Positions 1 to 16,620 of a DNA stretch of 64,000 nucleotides are shown here, one piece after another; position 1 is the stretch's first letter; the number at the start of each line of letters is the position of its first letter. This stretch comes from the human T2T-CHM13v2.0 reference genome, Homo sapiens: NCBI RefSeq assembly GCF_009914755.1, contig NC_060929.1, one strand, 5' to 3'. The notes under the pieces are model-generated. The model saw nothing but the letters and a program-made list of their open reading frames with translations, had not been told where the DNA came from and ran no database searches. The position numbers and the translations under genes are program-made.

Positions 1-88
1 AATGTTAGGATGTGGAGCAACTGTGATGACAATATATTCTTGATGACACTGTACGTTGGTGCTGCCACTTTAGAAAATAGAACACTCG

Positions 89-570
<482 letters not shown>

Positions 571-607
571 TTATGACCCAGCAATTCCAACTCTAATTAC
601 ATAACTA

Positions 608-983
<376 letters not shown>

Positions 984-1235
984 ATTCTGGGACCATTTTA
1001 CATACATTAGGATGGCTATGATAAAAAAAAAATTTTAAATAAAAATGCCAGAAAATAACAGGTGTTGGTGAGCATGTGGGGAAATTAGAATGCTTGTGCA
1101 CTACTGGTGGGAAATGTAGCATGGTGCAGAGACTGTGGAAAACACACTGTGGATCCTCAAAAAATTACACATAGAATTACCATATGATCCAGAAATTCCA
1201 CTTTTGAGAATACACCCAAAATAACTGAAAGCAGG

Positions 1236-1934
1236 GGTCTGGGGCGGTGGCTTAAGCCTGTAGTCCCAGAACTTTGGGAGGCCAAGTGTCTCACGCGTCC
1301 GTGTGACGAGACCACCAAACAGGCTTTGTGTGAGCAATAAAGCTTTTTAATCACCTGGGTGCAGGCAGGCTGAGTCCAAAAAGAGAGTCAGCAAGGGGTG
1401 GTGGGATTATCATTCGTTCTTACAGGTTTTGGGATAGGAGGTGGAGTTAGGAGAAATGTTTTGCGGGCAGTGGGTGGATCTCACAAAGTACATTCTCAAG
1501 GGTGGGGAGAATTACAAAGAACCTTCTTAAGGGTGGGGGAGAAACAAATCACAATGGTGGAATGTCATCAGTTAAGGCTATTTTCACTTCTTTTGTGGAT
1601 CTTCAGTTACTTCAGGCCATCTGGATGTATACGTGCAGGTCACAGGGGATATGATGGCTTAGCTTGGGCTCAGAGGCCTGACACCGAGGCAGGTAGATCA
1701 CTTGAGGCCAGTAGTTCGAGACCAGCCTGGCCTGAACATGGCGAAACCCCGTCTCTACTAAAAATGCAAAAATTAGCCGGGTGTGGTCGTACACACCTGT
1801 AATCCCAGCTACTTGGGAGACTGAGGCAAGAGAATCGCTTGAACTCTCTTGAGGCAGAGGTTGCAGTGAACTGAGATTGTGCCACTGCACTCCAGCCTGA
1901 GCAACAGAGCGGGAATGTTAAAAAAAAAAAAAAA
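1236..1934 (+). mobile_element. AluS element split by an LTR7 insertion
   Basis: Left-arm start at 1236-1286 resumes at 1684 (ccgaggcaggtagatcac). Flanking TSD approximately tgaaagcag. Confidence 0.9.
1287..1683 (-). mobile_element. Solo HERV-H LTR (LTR7 family, LTR7B/type II-like)
   Basis: Minus strand begins TGTCAGGCCTCTGAGCCCAAGCTAAGCCATCATATCCCCTGTGACCTGCACG and ends ...GGACGCGTGAGACA. TG...CA termini; 5-bp TSD ccaag/ccgag. Confidence 0.93.
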
Positions 1935-2416
1935 TTGAAAGCAGAAACTCAAACAGATATTTTATACTGATGGTCATAGCAGCATTCTTCACAATAGCTA
2001 AAAAAGGTGGAAGCAACCCAAATGTCCATCAATGGATAAATAAACAAAATATGGTATATACATATAATAGAATATCTTTCAGCCTCAAAAGGAAGGAAAT
2101 TCTGACATATGCAACAACATGGATGAACCTTGAGGACGTTATGCTAAGTGAAACAAGCTAGACTCACAAAAAGACAAATACTGTATCATTCCACTTGTAT
2201 GAGGTCCCTAAAGTTGTCAAATTCATAGAGACAGAAGGTAGAATGCTGGTTGCCAAAGGCTGAGGGGAGAGAGGAATGGAGAGTTATGGCTTAATGGGTG
2301 CGGAGTTTTAGTTTGGGAAGATGAAAAATTCTGGAGATGGATGGTGGCAATGGTTGTACAACAATGTGAATGTACTTAATACCACTGAACTATACACTTA
2401 AAAATGGCTAAAATGA

Positions 2417-2750
<334 letters not shown>

Positions 2751-3109
2751 TTATATATATAGACAGAGTATAGACATATATACACATGTATACAACATAT
2801 ACACATGTATATGCTGTATGTACATGTGTATATCATAATAGAAAAATACCAGTAATCATTTAGCTTAATAAAATGTTTTAAAGATAAAAAAAAAATTCCT
2901 GGAAACCACCCACATGTATATCAGCAGGAGCATAGATAAATACAGTATATTCATACGGTGTATTATTGTACAGCAATGACAATGAATGATCTAAACCTGC
3001 ACCATCAACACGGGTGAATCTCACAAACACAATACATGAAAAGGGCAAATTACAAAATAATACAATCCAATTATATATAAAGGTAAAAAACATTACATCA
3101 TTTTGGGAC

Positions 3110-3463
<354 letters not shown>

Positions 3464-4469
3464 GAACGATTTGCACAAATTCAAGACGGTGGCTACTCAG
3501 GGTGGGTAGAAAGAGGCACATGATCAGAGTGGGGCATGAGAGGGCTTCTTGGATATTGATGATGATCTATTTCTTAAGCTGGGTGATGGATACATGGGTA
3601 TTCATTCTACATTTGTTCTTTAATTTACACATATGTGTTATATACACTTTTTGGTATCTGAATGATAGCACATAATTATTTTAAAATGCAATATATAGAA
3701 AAAAGCCTGGAAGAACTCTAAATTTAATGGTGTCTCAGTAGGGGGACTTTCTTTTTACTTTCTACTTTTTGTATTTTTAAAATAGTCTTTTGTACTTTTA
3801 TAACGAAAAAAAGGCATTAAATTACAATAAGAAAAAAAAGAAACAAAGAGAGTTTTCCCCTCAAATTTGTTCGGAGAAAAGGGAAGCGAGAGAAGATGGG
3901 TGAAAGCTCTGGGCTTCCCCCAATTCTACTGCAATAAAAGATGACATTGGAATTTTGAGGTTAAATGCTGCTTAGGAGATAATGAGTTTTAACCGTTATC
4001 TTGAGAAGGGAAACGTTCCTTCGAAAAGCAAATTCCCTGGTCCCTTTTCTCAGAAATTCCCTGCCAGTTTCAAGAGTGGGCAGAGAGTTTTGATGTCCTT
4101 TGGAAACAAGGGGACATAACCAAGGAGATAAAGCCACGGGACCCAGCCAGTCCTTGATGGGACTGATTTCAAATGACAATCTTGACACAAATCCCCTTTC
4201 AACAGCCTAAAGAGCAGATGAAAGAGATGAAAAAGAGGAAATAACAGAGCTAAGAGAAATTGTAGAGCTGGGAGATGGCTTGAGAATATATGGTCCAACA
4301 CAGGTAACATAGTTCTGGGTAGTGCGATGGCCTTTGGGCTAAATTTGATTCAGGAGATCTTAGGTTTCTCTTCTTAGTACTATCATCTTATGTACCTGAT
4401 CTCTTTCCCTTCATCACTCCCAACACAAGATAACAAACTCAACCATTCTCTCTCTTGAGGCATCTGTGT

Positions 4470-5070
4470 GCCCCACAAACATGTATGCAACACCCACCAT
4501 GTCTACAAGCCTTGTTCGGCACCTAGAGATGCAGAATGACACAGTGACTGTCCCTTCAAGAAGCTACCCCCTCAAGGTTGGGAGGCAGATACAATGGCCA
4601 TTAGAATGGAATGTACAAGACATTGTGGGCCATGCGGAAGGGACTAACCCAGCCTGGGGTAATAGGGAGGGCAACCAAAAAGAGATGGCCCTTGTATGAA
4701 GTCATAAAGGATGAGCTGCACTAAGCCAGGCAAAGAGGGGTTACGGTGAGTTCTTCCAGGCAAAGAGGATTTTGTCTGGAAGTCCTCTTTGAGCAAAGAC
4801 ATGGAGTCCACATGAGCAAAGACATGGAGGAGAAAAACGGCATGGCACGAAGGGAACTGCAGGTACTGTAGTTTATTTCTTTCTGGGAAGGTGACCATGA
4901 GGCAGAGCCTGGCCAGGGGAGGGTGGAGAAACTAACGGGAACCATGTCTAGAAGATCCTTTCTCATCAGGTAGAGGGACTTAGACTCTGTTTCTTGGGCA
5001 CTGGGGAGCCATGGAGGTATTTTAACAGGGAAGGGAGGTGGCCAATGAGTCCTTTGCATTATGACCAATC
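4470..5070 (-). mobile_element. L2 fragment
   Basis: Degenerate L2 motifs (ctggggagccatggaggtattttaacaggga, aacggcatggcacgaagggaactgcagg). Confidence 0.55.
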
Positions 5071-5602
5071 TTCTATTTAAATGGCCCACTTGATGATGTC
5101 AGGGAAACAAAAAAAAAAAAGAAAAGAAAGAAAGAAACTATAGGCAGATTAGGGAGAGGACAGATTCATGCTAAACTTGGAGAGACACATCCCTGTCTGA
5201 ATCCTGCCTCACTACTCACCAGCTGTGATGAGTCACTTCAACATTCGCTGAGCCTCTGCTCATCTGCAAAGTGGGGGCGGTGTGGGAGCATCCAATGAAA
5301 TGTTTTTGTAGATTTGTACTCACCTGATCTCCCAGATATATTGTTAACCCAGAAATTAAGTGGCTGGATAATATGCACAATATCATTAATCTTAAAAGAC
5401 TAATAAAGCAAAACACACATGTATGTAAAATGCAGAGAAAAAAGTTGGAAGGAGTCACACCAAATCGAAAATAGGGGTTGCCGCTGGAGAGGTGGAAGGA
5501 AGCCAAGATTGGAGCTGGAGATCAAAGGGAGATTTAGCCTCATCTGTAGTTTTCATTTGTACAAGGAAAATGTACTCCTACATTACTTTGCTTGCGTCCT
5601 TA

Positions 5603-5896
<294 letters not shown>

Positions 5897-6493
5897 TTAA
5901 TTTTTAAATAACCTAACAAAAGCCCTTGACAGAGAGTAGGTGTCCAGTCCGTGTTATCTCCCTTCCTGTCACTTACACAGTAAAGGTGTTTCCAGTTCCA
6001 TTTCCTAATTCACCCTCATTCCAACTTCAGTTCAAGGTCAGAGTTATTTCTGGCCCGTCATAGTCACTCAATAAATATTCGTAGAAGATCTTCCCTGAAG
6101 GGGTCAGTTGATCTCTTGCAAGTGAATTGAAGATTGTCTTGGCAGAACCATGAGCCCAAGGCTTTGACGCCCTGGAGACCACAGAGGAATTGAGCTAGTC
6201 CTCAGCAGCCATCCTGAGCCATACTGAGGAGCTGCCATCCCTCTAGCCTTCTGGTAGACCCTGAACTCCTTGGGAATCATCCGCTCTTGCTCCTTTCAGG
6301 ATTCAGAGCTCCTGGCTGGGAAGACAGAGTAATCGCTGCCTCCATTGCCTTCCCAAAGAAAGGCCAAGATTATCCCTGGCACATCAAAGAGCCCAGTCTC
6401 AACAAAGGAAACCATCAGCAGTGGTGGCCTTTGCACCAGGGGAGGAGGGGGATGCCAGAGAGATTTCACTTCCTGCTTAGGGACCCTTTTCCT

Positions 6494-6798
<305 letters not shown>

Positions 6799-6870
6799 CT
6801 TCCTTTTTCCTGTTTGAATATCTTGTTTAAATGTTACTTTTTATTTTTTATTTAGTTTTATTTAGGTTTC

Positions 6871-7158
6871 TTTTTTTGAGAGAGAGTCATACTCCATTGC
6901 CCAGGCTAAAGTGCAGTGGCACGATCTCAGATCACTGCAACCTTCATCTCCTGGGTTCAAGTGATCCCCCCACCTCAGCCTCCTGAGTAGCTGGGATCAC
7001 AGGCATGCACCACCATGCCTGGCTAATTTTGTATTTTTAGTAGAGATGGGGTTTCACTATGTTGGCCAGACTGGTCTTAAACTCCTGGCCTCAAGTGATC
7101 CATCCGCCTTGGCCTCCCGAAGTGCTGGAATTACAGGCGTGAGCCACCGCAACTGGCC
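6871..7158 (-). mobile_element. Alu element
   Basis: Reverse-complement Alu. TSD approximately atgttactttt. Confidence 0.9.
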
Positions 7159-8949
7159 TTATGTTACTTTTTAAATTAAATACATACTATTCCTTTAACT
7201 GGATGAGACTGGGTGCATTCAGGGTAGATAGAGTATGGTATCCGGTGGGAGTATCCAGGGCAGATAGAGTATGGTATGACCATAGACCATTCTTTTAATT
7301 AATTAGTTGATGCAAACAAAAAATAAATTTTACAAATGGAAATTCTATTTTGATAACTCTGATTTAGGCCACATGAGAGTTCTTGGTGAATATATGATTT
7401 TTGGGGTTATAGCAGAAAGAACAATGATCATTTGATGATTCTAAATATGAACAATGGTGGTATTACTTTTCTGGAGAGGAGGATAAAGTTGATGTCTGCA
7501 TCCTGCCCACATAACTCCTAAAGCACTTCCTGAGGCTTGGGTGAGGATTTATTTAATTTAATCCACATAGGAAGCCAAGCCCAGAGTCTGCTAAAAATGT
7601 AGCTGTTTTGTTTAGGAGGGAAAAGCAAAGAGAAGATGCGATGAAGCCACAGAGCAGGAAGAGGCCTCGGTTGCTGTCCTGACCAGTCCTCTCACTTCAC
7701 CAACAAGGCCATGAAACCCAGAGAAGGGATGTGACTTGAGATCCAGCCAGACCCAGATCCAGAGTTGGGAGGGCAGGGGTGCTGCAATATGATCACAGAA
7801 TCGACACTCGACCCCTCCCAGCGACCTGGCAAAGTGGGCACTAACTCCATTCTGCAGAGGTGGAAACTGAGGCCAGTGTGGGGAATGGAAATTGACTGGG
7901 CTAAGCTTAGAAGCCTGAACTCTGACCCCAAAGCTCTCTCTTGTACCTTTGACCCCCTTGTCTTGTCCTGCAGCTCTTAAGGTTACAGTGAGCCAGTTTT
8001 TCATTTTGCCTTTCTCCAATGGAGGCACCTTGGAAAATAGAGATCTGGCTGGAGCAACCTGGAACATTTGATGATTGGGCTTATTTATATTTATAATTAT
8101 CTATAGAGTGATAAGCACTTATATGCGGAAGGAGAGAGTTCCTGTCCTGCTCACTGATGTATCATCAACTTGCTAATGAATGAATGAATGAACAAATGCT
8201 AATCCTCACAGATCCCCTCTCACAGAGGAAGAGGCTGAGGCTCAGGGAGGTGCAGTGACTTGCTTCAGAGACACAGGAATCATGCCAGGAATCGTCGGGC
8301 CTCCCTTTTTTCTCAGAGAAGAAAGATTGTTTCTGTTTCCTCCTCCGTCATGCTGGGCTTGTCAACCAGCCAGTCACCGGCCCTCCCTGAGGAAGCGCAG
8401 CACAGTCACCAGCCAGGAGAACAGATTCACCTGCCCCAGGACGTCAGCGCTGCCCACACATGGTGCCACCCACGCACTGTGACACACACTCACACTTGGG
8501 CCCCAGACTCCCCAGGTCCAACCAAGGAGCGGGAATGGCAGAGGAGTGCACAGGGGTGGGGCAGGCACTGAACCCCGCTGGGGAATGGAGGGGGAAAGGG
8601 TGGGACAGGCCCCACCCAGCCCCAACTGTCAGAAGACGAAAGAAAGGGTGCAGGTGGGCTCCAGGTTGGAGAAGAAGAAGGTGAGCCAGCAGAGCCGAGT
8701 CACGGCAGCCTGCCAAGCCGACTGCTGAGGCAGAGTTAGCACTGGCTGGATGAGACACTTCACACTTCACAGCTCCTGAAAAGTGTGGAGGAAATGCCCA
8801 CACCCTACATAGACCAGAGGGCCACTATCTGCTTGAAACAAATGGCCCCTTCCTGGACATCCTTTGTTCCCCTTTATGGACAAAATGCTACTACCTTCAC
8901 TTACACCCTCCCTAGAGATCTCCCAAAGAAGGAGGATGAGGGAAGCTGC

Positions 8950-9160
8950 CTTTGGTTGAGTCTATGCTATGTGCCTGACTCTGTGCCAAGCTCTGGACCT
9001 CCACCAAGTCAGGTGACATGATGATATGGGCACTACTAACCCTGGTTTCCCAGTGGGCAAACTGAGGCACGGCACAGAGTGGATCAGTAACTTGCCCTGA
9101 GTCACACAGGCTGGTAAACGGGAGCCAGGATGGGACTGAAATGCAGGTCTAGCTCAGCCC
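8950..9160 (-). mobile_element. MIR (further MIR fragments at about 5180-5310, 7840-7960 and 8210-8280)
   Basis: Core MIR motif aaactgaggcac...taacttgccctgagtcacacagg. Confidence 0.7.
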
Positions 9161-10317
9161 AAAGCACATCACATCAAGGGTCTCACAGAGCAGGGGTCCC
9201 AGGAAAGGTTACTGTGTCAAGCAGAAAAGGGCCAGGCAAGCAAGTCCCCAGCAAGAGCCAAGACTGCACTGTACCTTGCAAGGGGCATTAGACACTTCCA
9301 GATTTATCTGGATTCAATGACAGAGTGAGAACTCATGAAGGAAGGATAAGGTGGGGCTCAGGAAAAGAGGGTCCAAAGAACCGAGATCTCATGTGCATTG
9401 AAAATGTTAGAAAGTTGCCTCGCAGGGGCTGGTGACAAAGTGGGTTTTGACATAGCTGTGGGGAGCATCTGAGCACTTCATATAAAATGGAAACACTACC
9501 CACACACTCATTTGCTCATGTGTGCACACACTTATAGGTGTGCACTCACACACACACATGCATATGTATCCTCCCAATGGGTGGGCATGTGTGTGGCATG
9601 CAGAGGTTGGTGCTGGAGGAAGAGGGGAACACACACCTACCGTCCATATACCTGGTTACTAATGAGCACCTACTGTATACATGGTGCTTTGCCAGACACT
9701 GATTGTCCAAAGGGGAGTCACTGTGATTCCCAGCTCCGAGGTGGACTATATGTATAGGCATGAAGAGTTAGCTCTTCAGACTTCTCATCACTCTCCAAAG
9801 GCCTTGGATTGGTAGGTTGCTTTGTAGCTTCCAAAGCACTTCTATATATGTTCAGTCTAAGTGAAAGGAAGAGCCCAGCACGGTGAGTGTGGGAGGAAAT
9901 GTGAAGAGTGCCCTGAGCATCACCACCACGGATGAGTCTTGCCTGAATCAATTACTGGGATGAGTGTCAAATGGTTTTCCAATTCCATCATTCCTTCTAT
10001 GTCTATTTAGTTGGCATCCTACTGCAAGGGAGAGCTCTCCCTTCTCCCCCATGTAGCGATCTACTTGTTTATATTTGTATAAACCCAGATTCTTATTTTA
10101 TTCCATGTGTAATCATCCATGATCATCATTTTTGGTTTTGATGTTGAAATTGTCCCAGATTGGCCCATATTTGGCCAGTGGGAGCTCCTTCAAGCTGGCT
10201 CCATTTCCTTTCACATGCACGTGCCTATTATACCTTGAGCATGTCCTTACTTCTGACCTGAAAAGATGCTCCGGACTCATCTGGCACTTCCCCCCGGCCC
10301 AGCCGAAGAATCAGCTC

Positions 10318-11293
<976 letters not shown>

Positions 11294-11734
11294 TGCTTCT
11301 CCAAGGACCCCTGGTTCTATTACATGGAGATTGGTATTAAGAAACCACGATCTGGGCAGTAAGTATGTCACTAGTGCTTCCTAGATGACAAAGCTAAGAA
11401 GATATATGCATATTCACACACACATTTCTCCATCTAATCTATCTATCATCTCTCTATGCACATGGTAAAATCCACGAGTTCACACCAATACCCCCAATTC
11501 CAATACAAAACGACAAGGCCTCTTCTAGTCTTCCTTTTTTCCGTATTTGCAATTCCCATCTCCAAAGTAAGAACCTGATTCCCACCATCCCCAACACATA
11601 AACTTAATTGTTCAATGCTCCTGTACGTAACAATTTCCCATTAACACAGGCCTCTTCCTTGGCCCTGGCCTTGCTGGACACGGGGGCCACAAAAGCCAAG
11701 TTCCTGCTGGCCCTGGTATCACTTCACTCTGATT

Positions 11735-12490
11735 TACATTCATTCCTTCAATAAATCTTTACTGATCACCTACTGTGTATGTGCCAGTCACTATTCCAGA
11801 TTCTGGGAACCAAACACGTACCAAAAAATCCCTACCATCATGAAGCTGAGGTTCTAGTGGGGAACAGAGAAAACACGCAAAACAGGTAAATGAAAAATAA
11901 ATGAGTGGAATTGTATGTTAGAAGGTGATAGATGCTATGAAAAAAATAAAGAGTAGGGTAAATGGGGATCAGGAGTGTTGGGGAGGTATGTAACTTAAAA
12001 TAAGGGGCCAGGAAAGCCTCCCTGAAAAGATGTTTGAGCAAAGACTCGAAGAGGAGGGGGCTGGACAAGCAGCCACTGGGGGAGGGCAGCAGTGTAAAGG
12101 CCAGGGGCAGGAGCATCCCTGCTGGCTTGAGGTGTGAAAAGCCACTGCAGCTGGAGCCGAGTGAGCAAGGGGAGGGGACCAGGAAAGGAGGTCAGAAGCA
12201 CACTGAGGCAGACCCTGCAGACTGCAGGCCATCGTAAGGACTTGCCGTTTATTCTCAGTGAGACAGGAGCCTCTGGCATGTTCTGAGCAGAGGAGGCACA
12301 TGGTCTGACTTCGGATAAAAGGTCAGTTCTGGCTGTGGTGTTGGAAACAGGCTGAAGGCGACAACGCTGAACACAGAAAACCAGTTGAATAGCAATGCCT
12401 GACCCAGGTGAGATATGATGATGGCTTATATCAGGACAGCAGTCATGTGAGGTGATTAAAAGGGCTCAGATTCTGGATCTGAATTTTGAA
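11735..12490 (-). mobile_element. L2a-like fragment
   Basis: Begins cattcattccttcaataaatctttactgatcacctactgtg; typical L2 body (gcctccctgaaaagatgtttgagcaaagac). Confidence 0.8.
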
Positions 12491-12992
12491 ACCCAGGGAG
12501 ACTGACATCAGAGTCAGGGTCTGCCACAGTTTGATGACCCTGGTAAACCTCCCTAGCTTGGGCGGTGACCCTGAAAGGGCTGTACCCTAGAAGTAGGGGT
12601 GAAATAAACGCAAACTAGTCCTGAGCTTCAGGTCATCTGGGTAAGCTAGTACATTTCAGCCTCTGAACTTGAAATAAGGTGATCCTAGAATGCTGATTTG
12701 CTCCAGGTGCCTGGAGAAAGGGATTTTTAAAAAAATCATCCCAGGCCTAAAATTATTTTTATAAATATTTTTCCAAATACAGTATTTTTTTTTTTAGCGC
12801 ATAATCGAAGATAACCAGATTTCATGAGGGGAAAATACACCATGAATGGTAACAAGCAGAAATGGATCTCAAGGACTCCAGACATGGAAATTATCAGACA
12901 CTGACTGTAATATAATTATGCTTCCTATGTTTAAGGAGATTAAAAGTCATGCCTGAAAATTCTGTAAGGAGACTGGAAACTATACAAAGTAA

Positions 12993-13802
<810 letters not shown>

Positions 13803-15049
13803 GTGAAGTCACATATTTGAAAAAGAACTAAACACAAATTCCAAAACTGGGAAATACAATGATAAAATTAATAATTCAATGGTCAGGTTTAATAGCAGAT
13901 TCAATACAACCAAAGAGAGAATTAGTAAACTAGAAAACAGGTCAGAAGAAACTATGTAAAATTAACAGAGAATAAAAGCAAGATGAGAGAAGAGAGATAA
14001 CGGGGCAAAGTTAATATCCACAAATAAGTAGTTGGTAATTTTCCAGGGCATTGAGAAAACATCAATCCACAGATTCAATAAGTCCAATGAACCTCAAGTC
14101 TACACTCATACTCATTATAGTGACCCTGCAGAGACAGAGAGGAGTCAGGGATGATGGTAAGGATAACAGGCAAATGGAAACTAATGGAGTTGCCCTGGAC
14201 TGAGAGGAAGGAAAATTTGGGAAATTTGAGGAATTGTCTGCCTGGCCCCTGTAAGCCCTTGTGTTTGAGCCCCCTAGTCCCCGGATCTTCTGAGTAGTTC
14301 TACTGCCTCTAGACCCATTCCCCACTCCCACTGACTTGGGCCTACTCCCCTTCTCTTCTCAGGAGATTGTAGCAACCTCCTCTTTGGCCTCCCACTCCAG
14401 TCCCTTCTCCACATTGGCTGCCAGAGTCATGCTTCTAAAAATGGCAAATGGTTGGTGGTATGATGTGGCCTAATTGTGGGTGATATACTTCTTTCCTACT
14501 GCTCTGGTTTCTACAAAGAAGGATTTCCCCTCAATACTCTGGGCTCCCCTCAAGCCCCACCAGGTAAGATGGATGAATTCTGACTGGTGAGTGTGGGACT
14601 GGAGTCTGACATGGTGGTGCTCAGCTCTTCCTTTCTTCTTCCTTTTGGGAGAAGACCACCCGCAGGGAGCTGCATTTTGCTCTCCCCTCCCCAAGAAGGC
14701 CTGTACTTTTTCTTTGCTTTGTATGCCTCCTGTGTGGGTCTGTCTGCCAAATTCTGAGGTTCACCATTAGGAAGCCCTCTGCAGATAGAAATCACATTTG
14801 TTCAGAGCATTGGCAGAAAAGAGAAACTATATTGGGTTCCCCAAAACCCCCAAACCAAATTATTGCAATACATCCTAACTTAAAATGCTTCAGGGCCTCT
14901 AACTGCCTACTAGAGAAAGTTCACATTTTTAACACAGCCCTCAAAGTCCTTCACCATCCAGCCCCTACCTCTCCAGCTTGATATTAGCCCAGGCTGCATC
15001 CATGCTGTCCTCTCTCCCACCACCCATGTTATTTGGATCCTTACCCAGT

Positions 15050-15890
15050 ATGTAGCCAGTCCCTTGAAGACTACTTTATAAAAGGCAGACTCTCTTTCCT
15101 AACTCACACTGGGGAAGTCATATCATGAGCAGCATTATGGAGAGGTCCATGTGAGAAGGACTGAAGCCTCCAGTCAACAGCCAAGTGAGTGAGTGTCTAT
15201 CCCTCACCTCCAGTCATCTGCAGAGTCTGTAGCCTTGACCGTGCCAGAACCACCCAGCTAAGCTGCTGTTGGATTCTTGATCCTCAGACATGGGGGCATA
15301 ATAAATATATGCCATGGTTTAAATCCATCACCCAAATTTTATGTATTAGAAACTTAATCCCCTAATTCGTGTTGATGGTATTTGGATGTGGGGGCCTCTG
15401 GAAAGTAATTCGGATTATATAAGGCCATCAGGGTGGAGTCCCCCTGATGGTACTGGTGGCCTTATAAGAGGAAGAAGAGGTCAAACTTGGTGGCTCACAT
15501 CTGTTAATCCTAGCACTTTGGGAGGCCGAGGCAGGCGGATCACCTGAGGTCGCCAGTTTGAGACCAGCCTGGCCAACATGGTGAAACCCCCGTCTCTACT
15601 AAAAAAAAAAGAAAAAGGCAAAGAGAGGCCTGAGCTGACATGCTCATGCCCTCTTACCATGCTATGCCCTCCACCATGTTATGAGACAGGAGAAAGGTCC
15701 TCACCAGAGGCAGCCCCTCAGCCTTGCCCTTCCCACAGCCCCCAGAACTGTAAGAAATATATTTATTTTCCTTATAAATTCCCCAGTCTGTGGTATTCTG
15801 TATAGCAACAGAAAATGGACTAAGACCTTGTGTATTGTTTTAAAGTTTTAAATTTTGGGTAACGTGTTTTGCAGCAATAGATAACTAATG
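15050..15890 (+). mobile_element. MLT1 (MaLR) LTR interrupted by an MST LTR
   Basis: ggagaggtccatgtgagaaggactgaagcctccagtcaacagcc ... end gcagcaatagataactaat. Confidence 0.75.
15310..15826 (+). mobile_element. MST-family MaLR LTR containing an Alu left monomer (about 15487-15615)
   Basis: Start tgccatggtttaaat...aaacttaatccc; end gtggtattctgtatagcaacagaaaatggactaagac. Confidence 0.8.
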
Positions 15891-16019
15891 TACCCAGCCT
15901 GCTTCTCTCCCCTTGACTAACTTCTTCATCAGGTCTCAGCTCAGACTCTTCCTCCTCCCAGAAGCTTTCCTGACTCTGTCCAAGACACCTGATGGTTTAG
16001 CCTCCCAATACCTCCTTCT

Positions 16020-16620
16020 CTGGCTGCACTGCCCAGACTCTTCTTTAGGGAACCACTCTTCTTCCATCTGAGTCTGTGTGTGTAGGATGAGGGTGACTCC
16101 ACCCCAGGTTTGAGGGCCTGGCTGCCAGCCTAGGCCTGGCCAATCAGCACTCTCCAAACCCCTGGAGCCACTGTTTAGGCTGTGACCTAAGCCAGACCCT
16201 TGGGGGTCAGCCCAGGAGCCTTTCAGGAGGTACGGGGGAAGTGGTAATCTTTATCTCCTGGCATTGCTGAGTGGGAAAATATCAGCCTGGAGCTACAGGC
16301 ACACATTTTGCCAGCACAAGGGGAAGCCTGCCTCAAGACGAGGCCAGAGGAAAACAAAGAAGAACCTGGGGATGGGAAGAGACAGATTCCTGATGCAATT
16401 GTTGAAGTGCCTGTATCCAACTGTGCCTGAAATCCAAATCTACCTCTGGACTTTTGGACTTTAATTTTTCTTTTTTCTTTCTTTCTCCCTCCCTCCCTTT
16501 CTTCCTTCCTTCCCTCCTTCCTTCCTTATCTTTTTCTTTTTTTTTTTTGAGTGCCATAGACAGTGTGTGTTGCTTTTAGATGATTTCTGTCACTTTCAGC
16601 TGAAAGAGTTCAGACCAATT
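16020..16620 (+). mobile_element. Old MaLR/ERVL LTR (MLT1K-like) with an internal polypyrimidine expansion
   Basis: ctaggcctggccaatcagc...tgtgacctaagccag; end ttctgtcactttcagctgaaagagttcagac. Confidence 0.55.
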
